64,000 nucleotides of DNA from Nanobdellota archaeon (GCA_038045265.1 JBBSYL010000010.1:582-64581); one strand, 5' to 3'; positions 28,173 to 38,170 are shown, numbered from the stretch's first letter. The notes: generated by a model not told the origin, from the sequence alone. A program made the numbers and translations.

Positions 28173-28597
28173 TGAGAATTCCAGTTAGTGTTGAATTTTT
28201 TGGAGGAGGTATCAGACCTATGATGGATATGTCAATTAGGTGTGAAGATCCAAAGTTATTCGGATTAATAAGAGCAGTTATAGATACTGGTAGCCCTACA
28301 ACAATATTGGGAAATGCTGATGTCCAGAAGATGAGAATATCTCAGGTACAGATGGGTAAACTAATGGGTGAAGAAAAAGAAGTTAATCTTGGAGGAGCAC
28401 AGATAAGAACAAGAATACTTCCGAATGTAGAAATAAGTGTTGGAGGGTCCAAAGTTATAATTCCTGTCCAAGTTCCTGTCAAAGTAAACAAGGGTGTTCC
28501 GCCACCCACAATTTTAGGAATAGACTTTTTGGTTGCAGGTAAATTTGAATTTGTTTTTAATGCTTACAAGAGGGAAAGTTATTTGGAGAAGGAGTGA
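28169..28597 (+). CDS. Retropepsin-like (clan AA) aspartyl protease
   Basis: AVIDTGS and ILGIDFL motifs. Confidence 0.85.
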   Translation: MMRIPVSVEFFGGGIRPMMDMSIRCEDPKLFGLIRAVIDTGSPTTILGNADVQKMRISQVQMGKLMGEEKEVNLGGAQIRTRILPNVEISVGGSKVIIPVQVPVKVNKGVPPPTILGIDFLVAGKFEFVFNAYKRESYLEKE

Positions 28598-28810
28598 ATT
28601 AATTATTAAATTTTATTATCTCCTTGAATTCTTCTAAACTAATTGCTCTACCACCATTTGCATTAACTCTTGATTTTCCTTAAATTTATTGTATCTTTCT
28701 ACTAATTTATTTATGCCTTCCTTGATTTGTTCTTTATCCAGCATAATAAACTTGAGAATGCGACGTATAAAAAGTTATCTCACTGCATTAGAAAATCAAA
28801 ATAGATTATA

Positions 28811-29008
28811 TTATTCAAATTCTCTTATAACCTCATTGAATTCTTCTTCTGATAATTTTCTTCCAAGCTTTTCTTCTTTTTCAATAATTGTCTGACAGAC
28901 TATACAGGGCTGTATTGCCGTAAAATTTACGTTGCAAATATTACATTTAGACAAATCTCCTTTGATGTTTTTTTCCAATATAATTATTCTATTTAATTCA
29001 CAATCCAT
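28811..29008 (-). CDS. Small putative zinc-finger protein
   Basis: CNIC...CIVC pairs in 65 aa. Confidence 0.5.
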   Translation of the reverse strand: MDCELNRIIILEKNIKGDLSKCNICNVNFTAIQPCIVCQTIIEKEEKLGRKLSEEEFNEVIREFE

Positions 29009-29014
29009 GCAATT

Positions 29015-31219
29015 TTACCTACCGAAGAAATACTTAAGGAATGAATTAGGAGAGGGGTCTGAATCATATATTACATTTCCGAGTATGAATGAGCCCGTTA
29101 CTGGTGCTGACTCTCCTCCGCTAGTTCCACTTGTTGTTCCTGAGGATGAACCTGAACTTGTTGAACTTGAATCTCCAGAAGTTGTTCCTGAAGTTGATTG
29201 CTGAGAAGAATCTGCTGGAGGAGATTGCTGAGGAGGTTGTTGCTGTTGCTGTTCTTGAGGTGGTTGTTGATTTTGTTGAGTGTTGAAAGGAACACATCCT
29301 GAACCGCTCCATTGTTGTCCTTCAGGACAGCTTGAACCATCAGGGTTAAAACCTCCCTCTCCTTTCTGGCATCCTCCCCAAGGATCGCAATAATTTGGAG
29401 AAGGACCACAGTTTAATTTAGAACAGTCATATTTTGCAGTTCTATCTACATAATCTTTATCTCCAGGTCCTGGAGGACGATTGTATTCTTCTTTAGATTC
29501 TCCAAAGCATTTATTTCTGGCTTCATCATAGGACAATCCTTTAGTTCTTGCTTCATCTAAGCATCCATTGCCTGTTGACTTGGAAGTGTCTCTAAATCCT
29601 TCTGGACCTCTTGGTTGCCTGAAATCGTCCCTATATTCTCTTCTTTCACCTTCTCTGCATGTACATTGGCCTCCAGTAAAGTCCCACGCTACATTTTTCT
29701 CTTGACATGAGTTTGCACACTCTCTTTCTTTTTCTTTTGTTTCTCTAAACCTTTTTTCATCAAATCCTCTGCCTTCTCCATCTGGGCCTTCTCTGAAACT
29801 TGAGACGGCACCATCAAAACACTTTAATCTTTCATCTGAATCTTGTATCTGCCTGCAATCAAAGTTAAATCCTCCTCTTTGGCCTCTGCCTTCTCCATCT
29901 GGGCCTTCTCTGTCTCTGCCTAACTCATCCATTATCTTTTGGCACTTTCTTCCATCAGATGGAGATTCTCCTGTAAGCCCTGCGTCTATGCATTCTTGAG
30001 GTGCACTACTTTCAAACTCATGTCTTCCACAATCTTTAAAGTTTGTAATTCCTGCGTCTATGCATTCTTGAGGAGCTTTTATTTTGTACATTTCTCCTTC
30101 GCATTTTTCTCTTAATTCTCTCTCGCTTGTTATTCCCTTGTCTATTGCGTCTAGTAATACCTTTCTGCATTCTGGAGGAGGTCCGTCATCATCTTCGCTT
30201 CCTTCAGATATCACTAACTTCATGCATTCTATCCTTGATGTAACCTTTCTTTCTCTGCAAATTTTAGGTGCATGATTATCATATTGAGCTCCTTCAAAAT
30301 CATCTTCTATATCAGCCAAAGCTTCTTGAAGATAATCTGGAAGAACATCTTCAATGCCTTCGCTTAACTTATCGGCCTCTTCACACTTTGCTTCATCCCC
30401 TTTCTGGCATTGAGCATATAATGGGGCGACTTCAGTGCATTTGTCAGCAAATGCTTCAACACTTATATCTTGGCATTTACAATTGGTTGCATCTTTCATG
30501 CATTGAGTCATTATTCCTATAAATGCCTTAACTTCTTTTTTCTGCTCTTCTGTCAATTTTCTGTCGAGCTTTTTCTGCCAATCAGGAGAATCGTCGTCTG
30601 ATTTGCATGTTCTTGAATATTGGTCAGGGTCAAGCTTTGAAAGAGTTTCACACAATTCTTTTATTTTCCCTGCAATTTCTGCCGCAGTTCCTATCTTCTT
30701 TTCTGCTACTCTTATCTTGTTGAAATCATCTCTATATTCTGGAGGAATATCATTTATTATATCACCATATGCTTTTCTTATAACTTTTGAACGCCTTTCT
30801 GCTTCATCTTTATCCTCTGGTTTTACTTCTTTTTCAAATTTCTCAGCAGATTGTTCATATTCTGCAAGAAGCGCTTTTGCCTCTTCGTATTTTCCTTCAC
30901 TTAATAAAGTCCTTATTTCCGCCGCTCTTTCTCGGCTATATCCTTCATCATCTTTGAATATCCCGTCTACAAATCTGTCAAATTCATTTACGCTTCCTCC
31001 AGTACCTAATTCATCCCTGACTTCTTCTTCAGTTATATCTGATAAATCAGAATCCTCTTCCTCCGAAACAGCATCTTGGCTTGAAGCGTCCTGAATTTCA
31101 TCGGAAATTTCTTCAGAAGAAACAGACGTATCTGTTGAATCTTCAGCATAAACAAATGAGATGGACAATGCTAATAACATAAAAGTCAAAAACATAAAAC
31201 GCAAGCCTCTTCTTTGCAT
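29015..31219 (-). CDS. Large secreted acidic, Cys-rich repeat protein
   Basis: Signal peptide; PQECIDAG and REGPDGEGRG repeats; Q/S/T low-complexity tail; C-terminal VTGSFI segment. Confidence 0.85.
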   Translation of the reverse strand: MQRRGLRFMFLTFMLLALSISFVYAEDSTDTSVSSEEISDEIQDASSQDAVSEEEDSDLSDITEEEVRDELGTGGSVNEFDRFVDGIFKDDEGYSRERAAEIRTLLSEGKYEEAKALLAEYEQSAEKFEKEVKPEDKDEAERRSKVIRKAYGDIINDIPPEYRDDFNKIRVAEKKIGTAAEIAGKIKELCETLSKLDPDQYSRTCKSDDDSPDWQKKLDRKLTEEQKKEVKAFIGIMTQCMKDATNCKCQDISVEAFADKCTEVAPLYAQCQKGDEAKCEEADKLSEGIEDVLPDYLQEALADIEDDFEGAQYDNHAPKICRERKVTSRIECMKLVISEGSEDDDGPPPECRKVLLDAIDKGITSERELREKCEGEMYKIKAPQECIDAGITNFKDCGRHEFESSAPQECIDAGLTGESPSDGRKCQKIMDELGRDREGPDGEGRGQRGGFNFDCRQIQDSDERLKCFDGAVSSFREGPDGEGRGFDEKRFRETKEKERECANSCQEKNVAWDFTGGQCTCREGERREYRDDFRQPRGPEGFRDTSKSTGNGCLDEARTKGLSYDEARNKCFGESKEEYNRPPGPGDKDYVDRTAKYDCSKLNCGPSPNYCDPWGGCQKGEGGFNPDGSSCPEGQQWSGSGCVPFNTQQNQQPPQEQQQQQPPQQSPPADSSQQSTSGTTSGDSSSTSSGSSSGTTSGTSGGESAPVTGSFILGNVIYDSDPSPNSFLKYFFGR
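29766..29912. repeat. 30-bp exact direct repeat within CDS
   Basis: cctctgccttctccatctgggccttctctg at 29766 and 29883. Confidence 0.85.
29979..30073. repeat. 23-bp exact direct repeat within CDS
   Basis: cctgcgtctatgcattcttgagg at 29979 and 30051. Confidence 0.85.
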
Positions 31220-31270
31220 CAGTTTTAGTATTTTAGCAAGTATATAATAGTTTTGATTTTACCATTTTAG

Positions 31271-31693
31271 TTAAGAGAAGTATTGCCTAATATCTTTATT
31301 CTCTTTCCCTTGGATAAATGAGAAAGCAAATGATAAAAACGCACCCATAGTTGTGCCCATAAAATAAATAAAACCTGTTTTGGATTTTACAAGGTTTCTT
31401 TTTCTTAATTGTGCAAGTTCAGTGAGAGCATTTGGATGAGCTTTAACATATGCAACATAATTTGAAGTTAAAGCTGACAAATCTGCTGAAGGAGGGTTTT
31501 CGTCTAACTTTGAAGATATCTCTCTTCTCATATCTCTCGCAATTATGGCTGGTTGGTTTAAATCTTCTCTTGCATCATATGTAAAATCTTTATATACTTG
31601 ATTTATTGATAATCCTGTAAGAAGAGTTCCTAAATAAAATAACTTTCTTGCTGGTGATAGTTTGATATATTGTTCTTTTAGTTGTTTTATCAT
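31271..31693 (-). CDS. Two-TM orphan membrane protein
   Basis: Hydrophobic segments near both termini. Confidence 0.7.
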   Translation of the reverse strand: MIKQLKEQYIKLSPARKLFYLGTLLTGLSINQVYKDFTYDAREDLNQPAIIARDMRREISSKLDENPPSADLSALTSNYVAYVKAHPNALTELAQLRKRNLVKSKTGFIYFMGTTMGAFLSFAFSFIQGKENKDIRQYFS

Positions 31694-32098
31694 TACATTG
31701 CCCTCACCGTTGGTGGTAATTGTGCTTGGTATTGTGTATTTCGTGATTTAAAGTAGAATCCTGATAAACTAAAAACTAATAAAACTCCACAACTTGCAAG
31801 CCCCTTATATTCTGGCAATAGTTAATGACTTTATGGATTGCTGATACTCTCGTTCTAATTGAGGATTTCCTTCCAAAAATTGGAAATATTCTTTAGTAGC
31901 TAATCTTGCTTCAACTGAATGCTTTTTTGCTTTTTTTATTTTACCGTATAAACGATTGGCTTCTTGAATTAGGGGAGTTCTTGATTGACTTTTTGCTTTC
32001 TCAAAATCAACTAAATTACTTCCAAGCCAAACTATGCCTGCCAAAGTGACAGCTGTACAAAAGTTTACAGGTCTCAAATATTGAGATATGTTTTTCAT
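31693..32098 (-). pseudogene. Frameshifted paralog of 31271-31693
   Basis: ORF stops at 31805; a shifted frame continues LLPEYKGLASCGVLLVFSLSGFYF...AM* and ends in a TAATG overlap with the next ATG. Confidence 0.55.
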
Positions 32099-32100
32099 TT

Positions 32101-32829
32101 TTAATCTTCCTGCTCTATTCTTGGGGCGAGGACGAATGAAAGCATAACATTTCCTGTTGGGAAGTCAAGACGCATAGGGTGGTTGTCTGAGAAGGAAATA
32201 GACACCCTAGAAGAAATTTTTGAGCCCTTTCTGAACTTATTAAGATATTCTAAGGAGAATCTAGCTTTGCTTGTGGCAGAGAATATCTCTGCTTCATCGC
32301 TTGAAAACTCTGCCTTCGCGGAGTTTAGACCAGAAGCTTCCACTATAAATTTAGTTGGTTCTGCTATAAATGTACAGGCATCTGAAACTACAAGGCAATC
32401 ATCTATAACTTCAGAGAAGGTTTCTGCATCCATCCTTATGACTGATTTGAATTCCCATTCTGGTAGATCTTTTTCTTCTGAATCTAGATCTAGAAGAGCA
32501 AGAGTAAAGTCTCTCTTTATTCTATCTTGGATTTCAAGTCTTAAGATATTATCATTTTTAATAAGTAAAAGTGCGCTTCCGGGCTTACATCTTCTTAAAA
32601 CTGCCTTTAAATTCTCAAGATTTATTCCTAAAATCTCATTTTTTTCAAGTTCAAAAATTGAAAATAGGTCTGATGGTATGCGAAAATAGACCATGGCCAC
32701 ATTTGCTGGATCTATAGCAGTAAGCATTAAACCGTCTTTATTGACCTTAAGCTTAACTTCAGTAACCAATTCAGATATTATGCCTACTATATCCGAAAAT
32801 AACTTAGGATTATCGAGTTTCAACCTCAT
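32101..32829 (-). CDS. pcn: PCNA sliding clamp
   Basis: AIDPANVAMV, FSLEYL, PMRL, FVLAPRIE. Confidence 0.96.
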   Translation of the reverse strand: MRLKLDNPKLFSDIVGIISELVTEVKLKVNKDGLMLTAIDPANVAMVYFRIPSDLFSIFELEKNEILGINLENLKAVLRRCKPGSALLLIKNDNILRLEIQDRIKRDFTLALLDLDSEEKDLPEWEFKSVIRMDAETFSEVIDDCLVVSDACTFIAEPTKFIVEASGLNSAKAEFSSDEAEIFSATSKARFSLEYLNKFRKGSKISSRVSISFSDNHPMRLDFPTGNVMLSFVLAPRIEQED

Positions 32830-32972
32830 GTTTGTTGAGATAATTAAGAGCTTTTAAGTTTTGTTGTGATTCATGATATAAAGAACCGAATACAAGAATC
32901 TGTTATTTCATTTATTTGTATCATTAATAAGGAATAAGCAAATCCTATAAAGCATAGGTTGCTGAGAAATCT

Positions 32973-34511
32973 ATGGTGAAGGAAGAAAGAATTAGGGCAA
33001 TTACTAAACTATATTATTCAAACCCTAAAGTGCAGGAGGCATTGCTTAAGTTCTCAAAAGATAGAGAAGTTGTTCCAAGATATTTTGAAGGGTTTGGGAA
33101 AAGACCAGATTCATTGCAATATAATTCAGATATAATGGGATTGGTCAATAAAGGGGCTACAAGTTTTCATGCATCGGAAGAATTGTGGGAAGATGTACTT
33201 GCAATAAATTCCGACATGACTCAAGCGGAATTTAATTTGCTTAGAAAATCATGGGACCTACTTATAGATATAGACTCTTCATTTCTTGATTGTTCCAAGA
33301 TAGCAACAGACTTAATAATAAAAGCGCTAGAGCATTTTGGGATAAAAAATTATGGAATAAAATTCTCTGGGAGCAAAGGATTCCATATAATCGTCGCTGG
33401 AAAAGCTTTTCCTGAAGAGTATAATGGGATGAAGATGAGTGAAATGTTCCCTGAATGGCCTCGAGCTATTTCAGAATATCTTATGTATTATATTAGGAGA
33501 GATTATAATATAGAAGTAGGAAAAATATTAAGCAATACTGATATTGTGGCCAGAACCGGCAATAAAGAAAAAGAAGAAAATATAATATGTAAGAAATGTG
33601 GAAGAAAAGCTCTGCGAGGAGTGGTAGCAAATTTACACTGTCCAATATGCGGATTCCAGATAAACAGAAGAGACGCAAAAACAAGCAAAAGAAAGTTGAA
33701 GTGCATTAATGCTAGATGCGCAGGAATACTTGAAAGTGGGGATGAAAAAGATTACTGGTATTGTGAATATTGCAAGCAGGATGAAGAAAGCAAAGCAAAT
33801 CTAAATTCAGAAAAAAATCCTGAATATTTCGAAAAACTTAGGGGAGAAAATGCAGAGGCAATAGCTAAACTTGATCTTATACTTGTTGCGCCTAGGCATT
33901 TGTTTAGGATGCCTTATTCTCTTCATGAAAAGACATCTCTCGCAAGCGTCGTATTAAAGAAAGAAGAAATAAAAGATTTTGAACCAAAAGACGCAGATCC
34001 TTTAAAAATCAAAATAAGAGATTATCTTCCTGAAAACGAAAAAGACGAAGCAAAAAAATTACTCTCTGCGGCGTTAGAATGGAAGAAGGGCAGGGAGCAG
34101 CAGGAAGAAGAACAAGTTAAAAAGAAGTATTTCAGCGAGACCAATTTTGAGGTGGGAAATATAGATGAAAAAGATTTCCCTAAACCGATAAAAAAACTAC
34201 TTAATGGCATAGGTGACGGCAAAAAAAGAGGATTGTTTATACTCCTTACTTTTCTTAAAAGTATAAATTATTCTCCTGAAAAGATAAATCAGCTAGTCAG
34301 AGAATGGAATAAGAAAAATGAACAACCATTAAAAGAAGGATATTTGAAAAGCCAGATAGAGTGGCATTTGAGACAGAAAAAGAAAATACTCCCTCCCAAT
34401 TATGATAATCCCTCGTTCTATAAAGATCTGGGATTGCTTGATGAAAAACCAAACGTGAAGAATCCGTTAGTTGATGCTATTAGAAAGGCGAGGAGGAAAC
34501 ATATTTCTTGA
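32973..34511 (+). CDS. Fused DNA primase PriS-PriL (DPANN type) with zinc-ribbon insert
   Basis: WDLLIDID, KFSGSKGFH, RHLFRMPYSLHEK; C-terminal PriL-like DGKKRGLFILLTFL...WNKKN...PPN. Confidence 0.92.
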   Translation: MVKEERIRAITKLYYSNPKVQEALLKFSKDREVVPRYFEGFGKRPDSLQYNSDIMGLVNKGATSFHASEELWEDVLAINSDMTQAEFNLLRKSWDLLIDIDSSFLDCSKIATDLIIKALEHFGIKNYGIKFSGSKGFHIIVAGKAFPEEYNGMKMSEMFPEWPRAISEYLMYYIRRDYNIEVGKILSNTDIVARTGNKEKEENIICKKCGRKALRGVVANLHCPICGFQINRRDAKTSKRKLKCINARCAGILESGDEKDYWYCEYCKQDEESKANLNSEKNPEYFEKLRGENAEAIAKLDLILVAPRHLFRMPYSLHEKTSLASVVLKKEEIKDFEPKDADPLKIKIRDYLPENEKDEAKKLLSAALEWKKGREQQEEEQVKKKYFSETNFEVGNIDEKDFPKPIKKLLNGIGDGKKRGLFILLTFLKSINYSPEKINQLVREWNKKNEQPLKEGYLKSQIEWHLRQKKKILPPNYDNPSFYKDLGLLDEKPNVKNPLVDAIRKARRKHIS

Positions 34512-34545
34512 GAACATTTTTAAATAACTTATGCGTGGCATTGGA

Positions 34546-36390
34546 ATGAGAAAAGGGTTGATGTTGTTGGCTTTTGCTTTTGGTCTAATAGTTTTTAGCG
34601 GAATAGTTTTTGCTGCGGAAAACGACACTTCTGGAGAGAATATTGATAAGGCATATCAATGCCTTAAAGGAGAGATAGATAAAAGAACAAGTTTGAGTTT
34701 TCAGGAAGCTGTGTTTAGTACTCTTGCTCTTGGAAGTTATAAAGAAAATCTGAAAGTTATAGACAATGAAAAATACGGAAGCCAAAGTTGCTGGCCAAAA
34801 TCGGGGTGTAAGATTAAAGAAACAGGACAAGCATTACTAGCATTAGACCGTGCGGGAAGAAACACCGATCCAATTGAAAAATGGCTTCTTGGAAAGAATG
34901 GAACTGCGGATGATTTATCTTGGTTCCTTGAAATAGATATTAGAAATCAGCAAGTAGCTACATGTAGTATAAAATATAAGGGATTGACAGGAAATGTACA
35001 GATTGGTGCAGATTCCAAAATTTCTGGAAGCGCAGGCTCATGCCTTAGTATTTCTGATTCAGATTATCTTCTTAAGATAAGGGAGAGTTGCCTTGGAGAA
35101 GAGTTTGCAATTTCGTGTAATCAGGACTTTGTAACTACGCTGATTTATCAGAAGACAAGAGGAGATAATAAAGATTGCCTTGGAGAAAACAACATAACTT
35201 GTTTCGTTTCTGGAGAGACTCATGCAGCCTCTTCTTTAGGAACAACTGTTGAAAAGATAAAGGCTTCTTGCTTTAAGTCTGGAGGGAGATGCGATTATGA
35301 GGGAAGTTTATGGGCTGCCATTGCACTAGCAAAAACAGGGAATAATATTGACATATTTGCACCATATTTGCTTGCACTTGCCGAGGATTCGGGAAGATAT
35401 TTCCCAGAAGCATTCTTACTTTCCTTAATTGGGGATGATGATTCATTTGATTCTGTAATACAACAGAGAAAGCAAGGCCAATTTTGGGAAATTCAGGGAA
35501 GCCCATACAATAGATTTTACGATACCGCTTTAGGATTGCTTGGTCTCAACTCTAGGTCTGGAAGTACAGAAGTTGAGGCAACACAAAGTTATCTTCTTGG
35601 AATACAAACCAGGGAGGGATGTTGGAATAATAATAATATTAGAGATACTGCATTTTTACTTTATACTGGATGGCAGAAATCTTCTGGGGGTGGTGGAAGT
35701 GGAGGAAGTAGCGCATTATGTGAAGAAGCAGGATTTTCATGCGAAAGATTAAGCGAGTGCCAGGCGATTGGAGGAAGTACTAAAGAAAATTTTGAGTGCA
35801 CTGGAGTAGGAATATGCTGTTCACTAGAGGTTCCTAAGACAAGTTGTGAAGCAGAAGGAGGAGCGGTTTGTTCGGGAAATACAGAGTGCGATGGAAGAAC
35901 ATTCGAAGCAAGTAGTGGACAGGCTTGTTGTTTGGGGGCATGCATACCAACAGTAGTTGAGAATATATGTGAGGATAGTATTGGAGGAACGTGCAGATTT
36001 TCGTGTGAAGGGAAAGAGAGTGCGACGAGCGACAGTTGTGGATTAGATGCAGGAAGCATATGTTGTGTTAAGGAGAAAAGTAGTGGAGGTTCTGGAATGG
36101 TGTGGATAATCATTTTGATAATACTGATAATTATAATAGCACTCGCAATTTTGTACAGACATAAAATACAATTGTGGTGGCACTCAAGAAAGGGAGATTT
36201 CAAGAGCAGACCTGTTGTGAAGCCTGGAATACCTCCTGCAGGAACTTATAGGCCAATGCAAATGAGGCCAATGTTTGGAGCTAGACCTATGCAAGGTCAA
36301 CAACCTGCAAGAAGACCCGCGCCTGCAAGATCAGAAAGAGAAAGTGAATTAGATGATACCCTAAAGAAATTAAGAGATATGAGTAAGTAA
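34546..36390 (+). CDS. Surface protein: alpha/alpha-barrel (prenyltransferase-like) domain, Cys-rich repeats, C-terminal TM
   Basis: Signal peptide; TALGLLGL, YLLGIQTREGCW, DTAFLLY; three CC-ending Cys modules; TM and Pro-rich tail. Confidence 0.75.
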   Translation: MRKGLMLLAFAFGLIVFSGIVFAAENDTSGENIDKAYQCLKGEIDKRTSLSFQEAVFSTLALGSYKENLKVIDNEKYGSQSCWPKSGCKIKETGQALLALDRAGRNTDPIEKWLLGKNGTADDLSWFLEIDIRNQQVATCSIKYKGLTGNVQIGADSKISGSAGSCLSISDSDYLLKIRESCLGEEFAISCNQDFVTTLIYQKTRGDNKDCLGENNITCFVSGETHAASSLGTTVEKIKASCFKSGGRCDYEGSLWAAIALAKTGNNIDIFAPYLLALAEDSGRYFPEAFLLSLIGDDDSFDSVIQQRKQGQFWEIQGSPYNRFYDTALGLLGLNSRSGSTEVEATQSYLLGIQTREGCWNNNNIRDTAFLLYTGWQKSSGGGGSGGSSALCEEAGFSCERLSECQAIGGSTKENFECTGVGICCSLEVPKTSCEAEGGAVCSGNTECDGRTFEASSGQACCLGACIPTVVENICEDSIGGTCRFSCEGKESATSDSCGLDAGSICCVKEKSSGGSGMVWIIILIILIIIIALAILYRHKIQLWWHSRKGDFKSRPVVKPGIPPAGTYRPMQMRPMFGARPMQGQQPARRPAPARSERESELDDTLKKLRDMSK

Positions 36391-36431
36391 AACAGAATTA
36401 TATTTATATAATACAAATTGTTGTAAAAGGT

Positions 36432-37622
36432 ATGAAAAAGATGAATCTAATTAAGATATTTGTTGCGTTTTTAGTCTTTATATCTCTATTTTCTATGAGC
36501 ATTAGTGCGCTTTCTTTAGATATGAAAGAAAGTTATCAACCTAGAGAAACTATGATTGTTGAAATAACTGGAAATATTTTGTCTCCAATAAATCTTGAAG
36601 ATATTGAGTTCAAGAGAAAAAATGTCATTGTTCCATTAAACTATGATGTTAAGGTTCTTGGAGAGAGGCATTTTATATGGGCTGTTGCGCCTTTGAATGA
36701 AAGCAATTACACTCTTGTGCTTAAAAAAGTGGATACAACTGTAAATGGAGTAAGAGAAGAGACAAGTTATGAAAAGAACTTTAGCATATACGGAAATATA
36801 ACTTCCTATAGTGTAACTCCTGGCTTTATCTTAACTAATAAAGAGAATTTTACTGTAGAAGTTTTCCTGTATGAAGATGAAAAAAAGGTTGTTAGTATAG
36901 ACTTTCCGGAAGTTCATGAAGTGACTTTAAGACCTGGAAAGAATGAACTTAAATTTAAAGTCGACTCTGTTTTCGGAAGCGTTTTCAGAGAGATACATCT
37001 TGGGTATTATACACTTCCTGCGTACATATCGGGAACAGCAAGGAATAAATATGAAGCGCAAGACAAACATCTTGCATTTGAGCCTGCAACTTTTTACAAA
37101 GAAATTGAGATTGACAGAACAGTTGAATATACCATTATCATAAGGAATAGATATAATGAAACAATAGAAGATATTTCCTTGAATTATAATGAAGATTTAT
37201 TTACAATTACTGAAGATTCAAGATTTGCTTTGGATCCTGGAGAAAGCAGAGAATTTATTGTTAAAACGAATGATCCTGTGAAAGAAGACTTAAGAGAATT
37301 CATATATGCAAGATCTGACGATATAGAAATTACAATGCCTATTGAGATATTGATAAAAAGAATAGATGAACAGACTGGAGAGAACTTGCTTTACTGCGAG
37401 GAAATCCCTGGAATGATTTGTACAGAAAGTGAAGAATGTGTGGGGGAGAGCGAAAATTCCATACAGGGTGCTTGTTGTTTGGGAATATGTGAGAAAAAAG
37501 AAACAGAAAGCGGAAGCAAGGGATTAATTGGGTGGTTTCTCGCAGGTATAATTATTATAGGTCTGGTTGTCATGTTTTTCAAGTATAGGAAATCAAATGC
37601 ACCAATAGAAGAAAAGAAGTAA
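36432..37622 (+). CDS. Secreted, C-terminally anchored surface protein
   Basis: Signal peptide, Ig-like LDPGES segment, one Cys module, C-terminal TM. Confidence 0.8.
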   Translation: MKKMNLIKIFVAFLVFISLFSMSISALSLDMKESYQPRETMIVEITGNILSPINLEDIEFKRKNVIVPLNYDVKVLGERHFIWAVAPLNESNYTLVLKKVDTTVNGVREETSYEKNFSIYGNITSYSVTPGFILTNKENFTVEVFLYEDEKKVVSIDFPEVHEVTLRPGKNELKFKVDSVFGSVFREIHLGYYTLPAYISGTARNKYEAQDKHLAFEPATFYKEIEIDRTVEYTIIIRNRYNETIEDISLNYNEDLFTITEDSRFALDPGESREFIVKTNDPVKEDLREFIYARSDDIEITMPIEILIKRIDEQTGENLLYCEEIPGMICTESEECVGESENSIQGACCLGICEKKETESGSKGLIGWFLAGIIIIGLVVMFFKYRKSNAPIEEKK

Positions 37623-37629
37623 ATTATGG

Positions 37630-38136
37630 TTAATGTTTAGATTTCTTCTTTTTTTGTTTCTTTGATGATTTTTCTAAAACTTTATTTTCTGGCTGTGATG
37701 CATTCTGCTGTTGCCTAAATAACTGAGGTTCATAAGTTACCAAGCGTTTTGCTAGGAAATCTCTTTCTGCAACGACATTTTTTGCAAGGGCATCATAACT
37801 GTGAAGTCTCTGAACTAATTGGTTAATTGCCTGCGTAAGTTCTTCATTCTTAACTTTCAAATTTTCGGGGTAAGTAATTTCAAAATTGGAGGGCATATAC
37901 TTAAATGCTATAAAAAATAAAAGATCTATTGATGCTACTTCCAAGTCTATTTCTGAAAAAGTAGTATAAAGATCTTTGGAATCCTTGACTGGAATGGGAT
38001 CATTAATTTTCTTCGAAACTATTACAACTCCTTTTTCCTTAGAAAGTTGTTCAATTAGATTATTCATGGCGGCAGTTACATTCTCAGGAGGTCTTCCAAG
38101 TATTTCTAGAATAATTGAGAGCTTAATATTTTCCAT
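37630..38136 (-). CDS. Conserved-type archaeal hypothetical protein
   Basis: 168-aa ORF; ILEILGRP...FSEID...YMPSNFEI pattern. Confidence 0.75.
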   Translation of the reverse strand: MENIKLSIILEILGRPPENVTAAMNNLIEQLSKEKGVVIVSKKINDPIPVKDSKDLYTTFSEIDLEVASIDLLFFIAFKYMPSNFEITYPENLKVKNEELTQAINQLVQRLHSYDALAKNVVAERDFLAKRLVTYEPQLFRQQQNASQPENKVLEKSSKKQKKKKSKH

Positions 38137-38170
38137 GAAAGAGATTATAACAATATCTTTTTAAAACTAT

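Noticed and set aside
32830..32972. Replication origin at the strand switch between pcn and primase
   Set aside because: Only 143 bp, no ORB-like repeats or G-strings, no cdc6; explained by two divergent promoters
33560..33800. Intein in the primase insert
   Set aside because: No N-terminal C/S splice block or HN-C/S/T end; the insert is a short Cys-knuckle zinc domain
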